Notes under the pieces: model-generated
Databases searched by the model: none
What the model was told of the DNA's origin: nothing
The model's input: only the letters and a program-made list of their open reading frames with translations
Part shown: positions 18,799 through 29,600 of the stretch, piece by piece
Position numbering within the stretch: the stretch's first letter is position 1
How the letters are laid out: every line of letters begins with the position of its first letter
Made by a program: the position numbers and the translations under genes
Source: Bacteroidales bacterium
GTDB taxonomy: Bacteria > Bacteroidota > Bacteroidia > Bacteroidales > UBA932
NCBI GenBank assembly: GCA_017428945.1
Contig: JAFRPW010000027.1
Span: 7,202 to 71,201, forward strand
Direction: 5' to 3'
DNA: 64,000 nt

Positions 18799-21717
18799 TT
18801 AGAATCTGAAGTAAATGTTAAGCATGTAATTGGTTCCCGCCATATAGAAATACTTGGGGTCGAAACGGTAGAAACGTTCCTTGGAGACGGTGTTGTCCAC
18901 AAGTCTTGTCTGCTCATAACCGCCTGTCTTCACACTTCGGTTATTAAGAAGATTCTTTCCGTTGAAGGAGAAGCCAAGCTGGTACTTTCTCTGAATAAAC
19001 CAGGATTTACCCACGGAAATGTTGAAAAGCACCGCCGGGGCAAATCTCTCCTGCTCTGTCATGTATTCAATCTCCTCGTTTGTAATTGCGTTGTCCAGAC
19101 CAGCCACGGCATAATCTGTACGGTACAGAGGGTTCATGTCAAGATATGCGCGGTCGAAGTACTCTACGTCCCCGTCTATGAACCAGTAATTATGGTTCCA
19201 GGCCAATCCCAGGGAAATGGCGGTCTGGGGAGTAGTGGGTACGTAATGCTGCTTTTTGGTGCCATCCATCAGATTGGTCTGTGCCCAATAGCGCACTGGG
19301 ACAACAGTAGAATTAGTCCAGCCGTCAGGGGAGATTATGGGGTACTGGATTATTTCTGCATTGTTGTCTACGGTCTGGGTCATCACAGGGTTGGAAGTAT
19401 ATACATACTGGCCATACGCGACAACGCCCTGCAGACTTAGGTCAGGGATAATATAGGTAGGGAACTTGAATCCGAGTTCAACACCCATATGCCTCTGGTT
19501 TATACCGCTCAGTGCGAAGTTGGAGAAAGCGTTCTGAAGGTCATCGAACGCACTCATCACCTTGCTCTGATCCTTGATTGTAGTGTAGTATGCGGTTGCG
19601 CGTACGTTTATCCCCTGGGCGCTATACTGCCAGTTGACATCGGAAGAGAACGTCTTCACGGTCTTGAGATCCTGTACCATGGAGTTGCGGGTACGCGGAC
19701 TCAGGAACACCTGGTTGAATTTGGGCGCATCGGAGAAATAACCCACATTGGCGTACATGCGGCGGTTGCCGCCTATGACATAATTGAGGTTGAGTTTACC
19801 TGCATACGTGATGAACTTTGCCACATTGGACTTTCCGTAGGAGGTCTCTGCGGTGGGTTCTATGCCTTCATTTATCCATTGAGCTGCCATGGCGTCGTTC
19901 TCCGGCTGCCCGGGGAAGAGACCCTTTCTCATGAGGCCTTCCCTCCAGAAACTCTCATAGCCCAGACGTCCGCCGGCGGCAATGCTGAGTTTGCCAAGGA
20001 CGGTGGTTCCGGTGACCCAGCCGCCAAAGCTGCGAACTTTGGCCATGTAGTCATATCCGTATTTGTCTCCCTCGTGAAGGGTACGGGCCTGACCGTTTGC
20101 AAGATAGTAGTCAAGGTCATTCTGGAGTTTGTAAGGAGTTGCGGCAAACTCACGCTCGGCAAAATTATCCACATCCACAAAGTACTCGCCACCAAGGAGA
20201 TCGGCCACCTTCTTATAATACTCGGTATTATTGATTCTGGCGCTGAGGCCACCGGCCACATCCACATTGGCGAGAGGACGATACTTGAAGGAGTAAGCCA
20301 TATTGAGATCACTCTGGTCTACGTGACGCTGCTCCTGAATATACTTGGAACGGCCACCCTGAAGGTAGTTCACGTTGTAGAGGCGGTCCCAGTTAATGTG
20401 AGTAAGCTCCGGGTACTGCCCTGAGTGCTGCCATACCCACTGGCTCCAACCGTACTTCATGGGGTTGTTACGGTTGAGGTCGTCATTATACACACCACCT
20501 ACAGTCCCATAGAAGTAGCTTGGAAGGTTGCGGTAGTAGTCCGGACGCGGATCCTGGGCATCGTACCAGTCAAGGGCGGTGTAACCGTTCTTGCCAAAAC
20601 GATACAGCAAAGTAAGGTTGCTCTCGAATTCCTCGCTGGGTTTGTACTCCCATTTCACAAAAGCGATGGGCTCGTTGGTCTTGCGGACACGGGCATTGCG
20701 GACCTTGCCGCCCTGGTAACCCCAGTTGCTATTGTACATGTTGTCACCCATGAGATCATACACCTCCTGGGTAGATGCATTCTGTGCGCCTCGCTCGCCG
20801 GGAGTGGCGAAGAAGACGAAACTGAGCATATTGGCATCGTCAAAGACCTTGTCTGCAGCAAGGTAATAGGCAAGAGACTTATAGTAAACACCGTCTATCC
20901 AGTCGTTGCCGCCAAGACGGGCGCTGACGTTTACGGCGAAAGCCCAGCCATTGTCCTGCATGCCCGTGGCATAAGAGCCCATAAGACGCAACCTGTACAG
21001 GGTGCTGTTGGTAAGAACGCTTCCGCGAAGGCCTTTACGCATCTGTGATGCGGTACCGAATATATTGGTGGCTCCGTTATATCCGCCAAAGCCAAAATCT
21101 GCGAACTCAGCGCCGTTTACCGTGTCCTTGCTGCGGGTGGCCTCGTTAAGGCCGCTCCACAGGGAGAAAGGACCGTAACCGGTAATTGCGTCATTCAGCT
21201 TTACGCCTGCAAGATAAACTTCCTGGCTCTCTGAGGCATAACCGCGGGCGCGGAAACGCACGGAGGAGAAATTGTATCCGGCGATATTGTTGAATACGTC
21301 GTTACTGCCGAAAAGGATTGTGGGGTTGTCGTTGAAGCCGCTGTCGTCCATATCGAAGGCAGCGAATGAATCATCGTCAAGGTCGGTCACGTGCTGGATT
21401 GAGGTAAGGCCAACATTGAACAGGTTCTTTACCAGGCCGTCAACAACGGCAAAATCTATCTGGGTCTCCAGAAAATCTGGGGCTGTGACAACCAGTGAGT
21501 ACATGCCGTCCGGGAGCCCTCTGAAAACGAACTCGCCATCCTTGTCAGAAACCGTTGTCCCAATGGTGGCGGCATCTTTCAGAAGCACCAGTTTGGCTTT
21601 CTCAACTCCCTGACGCCCGTTACGGTTTATGACCGTTCCCTTCACGCCTCCAGTCTGTGCAAACAGGAGGGCTGCAGAAAACATGGCCGCTATAGTGAGT
21701 AGGATTCTCTTGGCCAT
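18799..21717 (-). CDS. TonB-dependent receptor-like outer-membrane protein with N-terminal carboxypeptidase-regulatory-like domain
   Basis: Signal peptide, GGVKGTVIN domain, alternating beta-strand pattern, C-terminal YMLNIYFRF ending in Phe. Confidence 0.8.
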   Translation of the reverse strand: MAKRILLTIAAMFSAALLFAQTGGVKGTVINRNGRQGVEKAKLVLLKDAATIGTTVSDKDGEFVFRGLPDGMYSLVVTAPDFLETQIDFAVVDGLVKNLFNVGLTSIQHVTDLDDDSFAAFDMDDSGFNDNPTILFGSNDVFNNIAGYNFSSVRFRARGYASESQEVYLAGVKLNDAITGYGPFSLWSGLNEATRSKDTVNGAEFADFGFGGYNGATNIFGTASQMRKGLRGSVLTNSTLYRLRLMGSYATGMQDNGWAFAVNVSARLGGNDWIDGVYYKSLAYYLAADKVFDDANMLSFVFFATPGERGAQNASTQEVYDLMGDNMYNSNWGYQGGKVRNARVRKTNEPIAFVKWEYKPSEEFESNLTLLYRFGKNGYTALDWYDAQDPRPDYYRNLPSYFYGTVGGVYNDDLNRNNPMKYGWSQWVWQHSGQYPELTHINWDRLYNVNYLQGGRSKYIQEQRHVDQSDLNMAYSFKYRPLANVDVAGGLSARINNTEYYKKVADLLGGEYFVDVDNFAEREFAATPYKLQNDLDYYLANGQARTLHEGDKYGYDYMAKVRSFGGWVTGTTVLGKLSIAAGGRLGYESFWREGLMRKGLFPGQPENDAMAAQWINEGIEPTAETSYGKSNVAKFITYAGKLNLNYVIGGNRRMYANVGYFSDAPKFNQVFLSPRTRNSMVQDLKTVKTFSSDVNWQYSAQGINVRATAYYTTIKDQSKVMSAFDDLQNAFSNFALSGINQRHMGVELGFKFPTYIIPDLSLQGVVAYGQYVYTSNPVMTQTVDNNAEIIQYPIISPDGWTNSTVVPVRYWAQTNLMDGTKKQHYVPTTPQTAISLGLAWNHNYWFIDGDVEYFDRAYLDMNPLYRTDYAVAGLDNAITNEEIEYMTEQERFAPAVLFNISVGKSWFIQRKYQLGFSFNGKNLLNNRSVKTGGYEQTRLVDNTVSKERFYRFDPKYFYMAGTNYMLNIYFRF

Positions 21718-21720
21718 AAG

Positions 21721-22797
21721 CTATTTCTTTTTGATTATTATATAAGTGGGATAGTGGTCCGAGTATCCGCCTACGAACGCACCGTTTGAGAAGGTGCGGA
21801 ACGGAGTACCCTTGTACTGGCCGGTCTGGTTGGTCATGAAAGGCTTGTTGAAGACACGTCCGTAGAACTTCTTCTTGGTAATCTTCTGGATCTGGAAGGT
21901 CCCCTTAGGGGCATGGGCCAGCGCATTGTTGACCAGGATGCAGTCATAAATATTGCCTTCTCCCCTGTAATACAAAGAGCTGTAACCAGCGTCAAGCATG
22001 CTCCAGAAAGGCGCAAAGTAATCCTGATCTGTTACTTTGTTTATATCCTTCTGACCATGCATGTACTTTGCCATGGAAGGGTCGTAGGGGTTGTCGTTCA
22101 TATCGCCCATAATCACACACTTGATGCCGGGATACTTCTGCATCATCTTGCGGGAGTGCTCGTAGGCAATCTCTCCGCCGCGGGCACGGTTGTCGGCACC
22201 CTTGCCGCCAAGACGGGAAGGCAGGTGGCAAACGTAGAAGGCAAAATGCTCACCGTCGATTATGCCGTGTACCATGAGGATGTCACGTGTGCGGAAGTTG
22301 TCCTGCTCCTCCTTGGTCATGTCGAACTTGATGGCCGACGGAGCGAAGGTGAAGGGAATGGACTCGCTCTCCACCAGGGTCATCTTGGTGGGGTCGTACA
22401 GGAGGGCGCAGTCTACGCCTCGGCGGTCCGGGCCGTCGTAGTGGACAATCTGGTAATTGGCCTCTGCGATTGCGGGTTCCATCACCAGGTCTTCCAGGAC
22501 ATGGCGGTTTTCAATTTCCGATACGCCAAGCACCGTATGCCATACGCCATTGTCCTTCTTCATGGACTGGATTACGCGAGCCATGTTGCGGAGCTTCTTG
22601 GCATACTTTTCCGGAGTCCACTGATTGGCACCGTCAGGAAGGTACTCATAGTCGTTCTTCCCGTCATCGTGGAAAGTGTCGAAGAGGTTTTCCAGATTGT
22701 AAAAGCCAATCACGTGGGAACGGTTCTTCTTCTGTGCATCCAGATTAAGCGGAAGCAGCAGGAGAATGGCCAGAAGAGTGATCAGGTATTTTTTCAT
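21721..22797 (-). CDS. Secreted endonuclease/exonuclease/phosphatase (EEP, DNase I-like) family protein
   Basis: Signal peptide, GFYNLENLFD, LGVSEIEN, GDMND, GYSDHYP. Confidence 0.9.
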   Translation of the reverse strand: MKKYLITLLAILLLLPLNLDAQKKNRSHVIGFYNLENLFDTFHDDGKNDYEYLPDGANQWTPEKYAKKLRNMARVIQSMKKDNGVWHTVLGVSEIENRHVLEDLVMEPAIAEANYQIVHYDGPDRRGVDCALLYDPTKMTLVESESIPFTFAPSAIKFDMTKEEQDNFRTRDILMVHGIIDGEHFAFYVCHLPSRLGGKGADNRARGGEIAYEHSRKMMQKYPGIKCVIMGDMNDNPYDPSMAKYMHGQKDINKVTDQDYFAPFWSMLDAGYSSLYYRGEGNIYDCILVNNALAHAPKGTFQIQKITKKKFYGRVFNKPFMTNQTGQYKGTPFRTFSNGAFVGGYSDHYPTYIIIKKK

Positions 22798-22822
22798 ATG
22801 GATCTGATATTAATTGCTGTGT

Positions 22823-24049
22823 CTATTTCCACCATGAGAGTACTGTAGACTCCACGGCATCGGCGGTTTCCTTGCCAACTGCTGTGACAAGGTTGGGGAA
22901 AAAGTCTATACCTGTCTTTTCCTCCAACTGGTCAATGGACATAATATACTCCTTGTAATTGCCTTCGGAGATGTTGGAGGTGTGGGGAAGCAGGAATCCC
23001 GCAGACATATAGCCCTTTGTACCTGTGGCGGCCGACTGGTTTCCACGGTACAGCAGAGCCTTGAAGTAGTAGGTGGGAATCTTTACGGCAAAGCCGCTCT
23101 TTGTTCCGCTTGTGGTTGTGGAATTGTCAAACAGACAGCCTGTAACCACGTATAATGTATCAGATTTGTCCGAGTAATTCCTCACTGCCTGCTCCAGGTT
23201 AGCCCAGATCCCGCAGTTGAAATCATAGTCCTGAGGAGTCATATTGGTAGGGACAAAGGTGGAGATGTTTGCCGATTCCGGTTTAAGCCGGTCTGCCGAC
23301 GGCAACTGATGGCCACGGGTCCAGCCCCCGCCATATGAGCCCTGGACGATATTGGGCTGTATGGAAACGGGCAGAAGGGCATCGTAACCCCAGGTGTTGG
23401 TACGGCTTCCGCTTCCCCTCAGAGACTTGTTCAAGGGATATGCGACCCATAGGGACATGTGCTCATCGTAATCCCAGTAGCAGGACCAGTTGCGCGTGCC
23501 GTCGACACCTTTGGAAGAGTATTTTCCGCCCGTCATGCTATGGACAAGCACATCGCGCCCGTCTCCGGCCTTGCATGCCGGCAACTCAAGCCAGTCCATA
23601 GGTGCCACATCATAACCATATTGTCCGATACTCTGCTGCTGTTCATCCTTCCCCAACTGCTTTATCACCGCTGTTGCTCTGACGCCGCCGGATGTGGCAA
23701 GGGCCAGGGTAACGCTGCGTGAAGCTCCGGGGTTCTCCCCATAGCGGAAACGGATATCGCCCTTGGAGCCGGTGCCTTGGGCGGGCTCAAGCGTAACCCA
23801 CGGTTCCACATCGGCAGGGTATTCCGTTTGCAGTGTCCACTCTCCGGAAGCGGTTATGGACACAAACATGCTGCCAGCCCCTGGTTCAAGGGTGGTTTTT
23901 CTGGGGACGACTGTTTCCTCCACCATATCATCGCCACCGCTTCCGGAGGTGCCATAAAGCAGCTCCGGAAGCTTGTCGCAGGAAGATATGCAGGCTGCCA
24001 TAGCCAATACCATGGCAGCCTTTAGGAGTTTAGACATGAACTTACTCAA
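22823..24049 (-). CDS. Lipoprotein: BACON domain plus DNA/RNA non-specific (NucA/EndoG-type) endonuclease
   Basis: Lipobox CISSC, BACON-like ITASGEWT..W, His-Me motif TRGHQLPSADR, NMTPQ, FNCGIWANLEQAVR, IPTYYFKALL. Confidence 0.9.
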   Translation of the reverse strand: MSKFMSKLLKAAMVLAMAACISSCDKLPELLYGTSGSGGDDMVEETVVPRKTTLEPGAGSMFVSITASGEWTLQTEYPADVEPWVTLEPAQGTGSKGDIRFRYGENPGASRSVTLALATSGGVRATAVIKQLGKDEQQQSIGQYGYDVAPMDWLELPACKAGDGRDVLVHSMTGGKYSSKGVDGTRNWSCYWDYDEHMSLWVAYPLNKSLRGSGSRTNTWGYDALLPVSIQPNIVQGSYGGGWTRGHQLPSADRLKPESANISTFVPTNMTPQDYDFNCGIWANLEQAVRNYSDKSDTLYVVTGCLFDNSTTTSGTKSGFAVKIPTYYFKALLYRGNQSAATGTKGYMSAGFLLPHTSNISEGNYKEYIMSIDQLEEKTGIDFFPNLVTAVGKETADAVESTVLSWWK

Positions 24050-26519
24050 AGAAGACTTCTACATTTACCAGACGGGTCTGGCCGGCAGCAGCCTGCAGAA
24101 TGACGGTGCTTGCACTTCCTTCCCATTTGATGGTCTCGTCAGATTTGGATGCAACTGCAGTACCTTCTGTGCCCTCAACTCCTGTCAAGTCAAGAATATA
24201 CTGGCCACTGTTCAGATTGTTAGCCTTGAAGGAAAGGGCCTTGATGGTCTTTCCTGAAGGGGCTTCAATGAAGAACACTGCGCTCTTATATACCCTCATG
24301 CTGTACTGGTCAGGAGTGACAGGATTTGAAGTGCTCTTATACTTGTAAGTGGCCACCTTGAATCCCTCAACAGTTGCAGAGAAGCCATTCTTGAGCACAT
24401 CGCCGCCGTTATCCTCTGCAAAAGAAGTCTCGTTGTTGAGTGGTATGACTATGGAACTGGCATTGCCGGAACTTGCCTTGGCCTGGACTATCATAACCTC
24501 GATTTCCTTGGTTGCCACATCTGCATCTGTCTTCACGATGAGATTATAGGTCACGACATTCTCCGTATCAGTATTGGCGGGGAAATTTGCAGTGATCTCA
24601 CCGGCGCCCTGACCTGAAGCGGGAGACAGAGTCAAAGCGTTAATGGCAGTACTGGCCGTCCAGGCAACGTTGCCGGTAACCTTGATCACCGCGCTGGTTG
24701 CACTTGCAGAAACGCTGATCTGTGCCTTCTCAACGCCGAATACGGGACCCTGGTCAATGCTGGTCTGGCCGTTGAGGCTGTAGATATAAGCCTCCTTGCT
24801 GGAGGTTTCGGGAGTTCCGCCATAGTTGGTGAGCTTACCGCAGATAATCACTTCGTCACCTACGGCGACCTGTGCATCTCCGTCTACCCAGGCACGATTG
24901 CCAAGATAGTAGACGCTATATACCTGGAACTGGGTTCCGTTGGTAGAGCCGTCTTCGGAGATGTAGAACGTAGCAGTGCCATACTGGGCGCTGAAGGTGT
25001 ATTTTACAGAGGAGATTTTACCCTTTACGTACACATCATCAGTCTTGCCCTTGTCTTCAAGTGCGGAAGCCACGTCGGAAGCGGCCTTGGGGTTATAAGG
25101 ACTCTCAAGTGTGCCGTTGCCGGTTGCAGTCTCATCCTGGGTCTGACCTTCGGTGAAGGAAAGAATGTAGGCATTTACGACCTCGTGCTGCTGTTTGTTA
25201 GCATAGTAATCATACTTGCCGGCCAGCGTTACGGTACCGCCGTCCTTAATCTTGGAGCTCCACTCTGACTTGTTGTCAACGCTATACACGTAGATAAGAC
25301 CGGTTGCGTCAGTGAGGTCGAAGCTGCAGTAATTGGCGTTAAAGCCGGAGACCTTACCGGAAAGCTTGTAATAGTTATCTTTATCGGCAGCAGAAATAAA
25401 CTCTGCGACAGTCTTGGCGGGAACATTGTTGTAGTCGATTTCCTCGCCGCCCTGTACGTCAAGGATGTAGCCGTTTACCATTTCAGGAGTACCGTTGTAA
25501 TCCTTGAATACGCCAGCAATGGTGACGATGCTACCCTTCTTGACCTTATCCTGAACGGCAGACCAGTTGGATACACCGTAAATCTTAACTGTACCGGTAG
25601 CATCCTTGAGGTCGAAGTTGCCATACTGGGTATTGATACTGCCGGTAACTTCACCGGTAAGCTTATAAGGAGTCTTGGTATCTGCAAGTGCAATGAATTC
25701 AGCAACGGTCTTGGCCTCAGCCTTGGTGTAGTCTACCTCCTGACCACCAGTTGCCACGGTTTCACCATTGAGACTGTAGAGATAAGAACCCTTCTGTACT
25801 GTCTCCGGAGTGTTGCCCATATAGTTCATGACCTCGCCATAAACCACGGCTACATCACCTACAGCAATCTGGGTGTTGCCTTCCTGCCACTTCTTGTTTT
25901 CAAGATAGTAAACCCTGTAAGCAACAAACTTGGGGTCGGTAGCGTTTCCGTCATCAGTAATGGTGAAATTGCCATTGCCGTATTCCGCTCCGAAGGGCTC
26001 CTTTATGGAAGCGATCTTGCCCTTTACATAGAAAGGACCAACCTTATCGTACTCAGTAGTGCTGGTCCATGTGAGCCTTGATACAACTTCAGCAATCTGG
26101 GCTACATTGTAAGGCTTTTCCTTGGAGCCGTCGCCTTCTTCAGCAACGAATGTGCCCTGGCTGCCCTTCTGCTTTACCTTCAGGGTTGCCTTGACCATGC
26201 CGCCGCCGGCTGCAAAGACGATATCAATCTCGCGGTCAAAGCCGGTATTCTCTTCAACGGACACGGAAACGGTCTGAGGATCCTTGGATGCATTGCCGCT
26301 TTCCTGACCAAGGGCTACCCACTTGCCGGCAAGGTCTGTGGTTACGCTCCAGTTAAGGGTTGCATTCAGAGTAATTGTCTGGGAGCCCTCACCTGCCTCA
26401 AAATTGAGTTCGGTAGGATTGATATTGATCATGGGGGCACCAAGTTCCTCAATCTCCTCGCAGGCTGTGAACGCAAAAGCGCCCGCAATCACTGCCATGA
26501 ATAAATGTCTCAGTTTCAT
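24042..26519 (-). CDS. Surface lipoprotein: BACON domains plus four OB-fold-like repeats
   Basis: Lipobox AFTAC followed by acidic EEIEE. Repeats of (Y/V)KG(K/E)..QYG..F.(I/L).D..G....Y.V. Start reassigned to MKLRHLF. Confidence 0.75.
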   Translation of the reverse strand: MKLRHLFMAVIAGAFAFTACEEIEELGAPMININPTELNFEAGEGSQTITLNATLNWSVTTDLAGKWVALGQESGNASKDPQTVSVSVEENTGFDREIDIVFAAGGGMVKATLKVKQKGSQGTFVAEEGDGSKEKPYNVAQIAEVVSRLTWTSTTEYDKVGPFYVKGKIASIKEPFGAEYGNGNFTITDDGNATDPKFVAYRVYYLENKKWQEGNTQIAVGDVAVVYGEVMNYMGNTPETVQKGSYLYSLNGETVATGGQEVDYTKAEAKTVAEFIALADTKTPYKLTGEVTGSINTQYGNFDLKDATGTVKIYGVSNWSAVQDKVKKGSIVTIAGVFKDYNGTPEMVNGYILDVQGGEEIDYNNVPAKTVAEFISAADKDNYYKLSGKVSGFNANYCSFDLTDATGLIYVYSVDNKSEWSSKIKDGGTVTLAGKYDYYANKQQHEVVNAYILSFTEGQTQDETATGNGTLESPYNPKAASDVASALEDKGKTDDVYVKGKISSVKYTFSAQYGTATFYISEDGSTNGTQFQVYSVYYLGNRAWVDGDAQVAVGDEVIICGKLTNYGGTPETSSKEAYIYSLNGQTSIDQGPVFGVEKAQISVSASATSAVIKVTGNVAWTASTAINALTLSPASGQGAGEITANFPANTDTENVVTYNLIVKTDADVATKEIEVMIVQAKASSGNASSIVIPLNNETSFAEDNGGDVLKNGFSATVEGFKVATYKYKSTSNPVTPDQYSMRVYKSAVFFIEAPSGKTIKALSFKANNLNSGQYILDLTGVEGTEGTAVASKSDETIKWEGSASTVILQAAAGQTRLVNVEVFFE

Positions 26520-26593
26520 AGTATAGATTAGTGTTGATTGTTTCTGATTCACAAATATAACAATCTTTTTCGGTTATTCAATTTTTACATAGT

Positions 26594-26622
26594 AAAAACG
26601 GCTCCCGGAGTCCGGGAGCCGT
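26594..26622 (-). terminator. Intrinsic terminator inside the TBDT/nuclease cluster
   Basis: 11-bp perfect stem acggctcccgg/ccgggagccgt with a 3-nt loop, followed by a T-run on the minus strand. Confidence 0.75.
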
Positions 26623-26644
26623 AGAAAGAGAGTTCTAAAGACTC

Positions 26645-29600
26645 TTACTTCAGAGCAATTTTTTCCGCGTTGGTAGGATAGTACTGAACAGCCGTCTTAA
26701 CGGTTATTTCAGCTCCTGATGCGGGTGAACCAAGAGCAGAGCGGGGGACGCTCACCTCGATATAAGCGAAATCTCCAGAGATGGTTCCGCCGACTTTCAG
26801 CTTGGCACCGTCAACCTTGGTACCCACAGGATTGTCAATCCAGCTTGCAGGGTCCTCTCCGGCAGTAATTACCGCATTGGCAGCAGACGTCCAAGGATAG
26901 AAATACGCAAGAGCCTCGAGGCCGGCATTGTTTCCGGCTGCACCATGCTCTCCCTGACTGCCAGTAGAGGCATCGTTGTCAAGATTGAAGCCGATGTAGA
27001 ACGATGAAGAACCGTCGGTCTTGATCTTCTCTGCTGTCATCTTGTAATAGAAGTACACGTTGCTGGCATCGGAAGTGGCCTTCCACTCAACTATACGGTT
27101 GTTAACGCCTTCAAACTTGGTCTCAACAGCATCCCAGTCGCCAAGGTCACCGTCGATGGTGATGCCCTTGGGGGCGACAGCTATCTCCTCAGTGGAGGCC
27201 TGGATGCCGAAGATGATGGCCCTCTTGCCGTTGTTGGTTCCTTCGTAGGTCTCAACAGTGACAGGGGTATCCTGAGGAAGGGCTCCGCCAAGGTTGAAGG
27301 CATACTTGTCACTGTCAGTAACAGTGATGGTATAAGGGCTGCTGCCCGTTGCGCCATCATTTGCTGCGATGTCCACAGGTATTACGTTGCTGCCCAGCGT
27401 GAGCTTGAGGGATGCCGGAGCGCCTTTCCAACCTACGGCATAGAAAGATACGGACTTGGTGCCGGCAGGAAGAGTGACAGTTGCGCTGCCAAACTTGGAG
27501 CTGGTGCCAAGTTTGAGGGTAAAGACGTCCGCAGTACCGTTAACGGTGGCTACGCCGTCAGTGTAGGCACTGCTCACGGTGACTATTCCGTCCTTTACAT
27601 TGGTGTCATACTCACCAAGTTCTGCCGGAGGATTGGAAGATCCGTTTGCTGCGCCGATGGTAGGAGTGTCGAAGATGACAAACTTATCGGCACCGTCGGT
27701 TTCGCGGCCCCAGGACTTGCCGTCCTCGATAGTAACGATATTGGTCAGGTTATCAACCTCATCCACAACTGCATCTCCCTTCTTGAGGGCGATCTTGAAG
27801 CCCTTGGTGCCGCTTAGGCCGAACACAGGGCCGTTGGCGGCATCGGTCTGCTTGCAAGTGAATACTGCATAACCCTTTGCAGGAACCTTTGCGAGGGCGG
27901 CCGGGATAGAGAAGGTATCCTTCTCGCCTTCTTCGCCGTCGTTCTTGAGGATTATCCAACCGGTCATATCCACTTCTGCGTCGGTGGCATTATAGATCTC
28001 GATCTGCTTGTTCTGGCAGTCGAACTCGTTGAGATACAGCTCGGGAACCACCTCTGCAGGAGTAGCCTCGGTTACGCCGTTGAGGCTGTAGACATAGGCC
28101 TTCTTGCTGGAGGTCTCGTAAGTGGACTTGTAGAGAGTGAGCTGGCCCTTGATGATGACCTCGTCACCGACGGCCACCTGGGCATTGCCTTCTTCCCAAG
28201 GCTTGTTCTCAAGGAAGTAGGCGCTGTAAACCTCGAAGTCCTTGGCGGGCTCTGTGGTGCTCTTCTTGTCGTCAGATACACCGTAGGCGGTGCCATCGTC
28301 AGAAATCCAGAAGGTACCGGTACCATAATTGGCGCTGAACTCATAGAGGACCGCGGAAACCTTACCCTTGACGGCTACGTCAGGGAGAGTGAGCGTAGCA
28401 CCGGCATCACTGGCTGCCTTGACGGCGGCCTGGGTGTCGTCGATGAACTTCTCAGCACCGGCAATGTTGAAAGGATAGTCAACGCTGCCAAGACCGTTGG
28501 CATCGGTGGTTGCCCAGTTGATGCTGTAGATCTTTGCTTTCTTGCTGGCGGTCTCGTATGTGGTGACGTCGTTCTTGGTATATGCAGTGACTGCACCGAA
28601 GAGGATGACTTCGTCGCCTACGGAATAGTTGCCCTTTATGTCTGCTGCAGCGACGGGAGCGTCAAGGCTACCGCCGAGCCAGTACACGCTGTAAGCTTCG
28701 AAGTCCTTGTTGAGGTCATCGTTGAAGACGCCGTCGTCAGAAATCCAGAAGGTGCCGGTGTTGTAGCTTTCGCTGTAGGTATAGACAGCCTTGGAGACGA
28801 TACCCTTAATGTATACGTTACCGGCTGCACTATTATTCTTGATGGCCTCGATAACCTGAGCTACTGTGTAAGGATTGTCAAGAGTACCAACTGCGGAATA
28901 TCCGCCCTGCTTGAGGGTAAGGGTAATATCCTTGGCACCGGCGCTCTTCACCGTGAAGGTAGCCTCGCGGGCCTCGGTCTCAGTATTGGCATCGAAGGAA
29001 ACCCTGATCTCAGTGGCATCCTTGGCGCCGGACTTGGTGTAGTCCTTGATCCAGGAAGCATCGGTGCTTACGGTCCAGCCCTCGGTGAGGTTCTTGGGAG
29101 CGATGGTGAAGGTGGCTTCGGTCTCGGAAGCGGCTACAACCTTCTCGGGCTCCTTGCAGGAGATGGTGGGAGCGGTGTTGGCATCCAGCTTGACGAGGTA
29201 AGCGGCATTCTGGCTGGTTTCTGCCTGGCCGCCATAATTCATAAGGACACCATAGATTACAACGTTGTCACCTTCGCTGATGTTCTGCTTGGTGGGATCG
29301 TCATACTTGACATTGTCGAAGTAGTAGATACGGTAGGCTTCGAAAGTCTTTTCGCCCTCGGCGTCGCCCATCCAGAAGGTGGCGTTGCCATACTGGGTGC
29401 CGAATTCTTCGACAATAGCGGTGATGATACCCTTGACATAGTACTTCTTGGGCGTTGTGGCCTTGTCTGCCAACTTGCCGCAGAGCACTACAGCCTCTGC
29501 ACAGGTAAGAGGATCATCCTCGGTGAGGCCGTGAGGGTCACCGGTCTGAACTACGGTAATGAGCTTTTCCAGTTTGCCGGCCTGGAGGGAAACCTCTCCG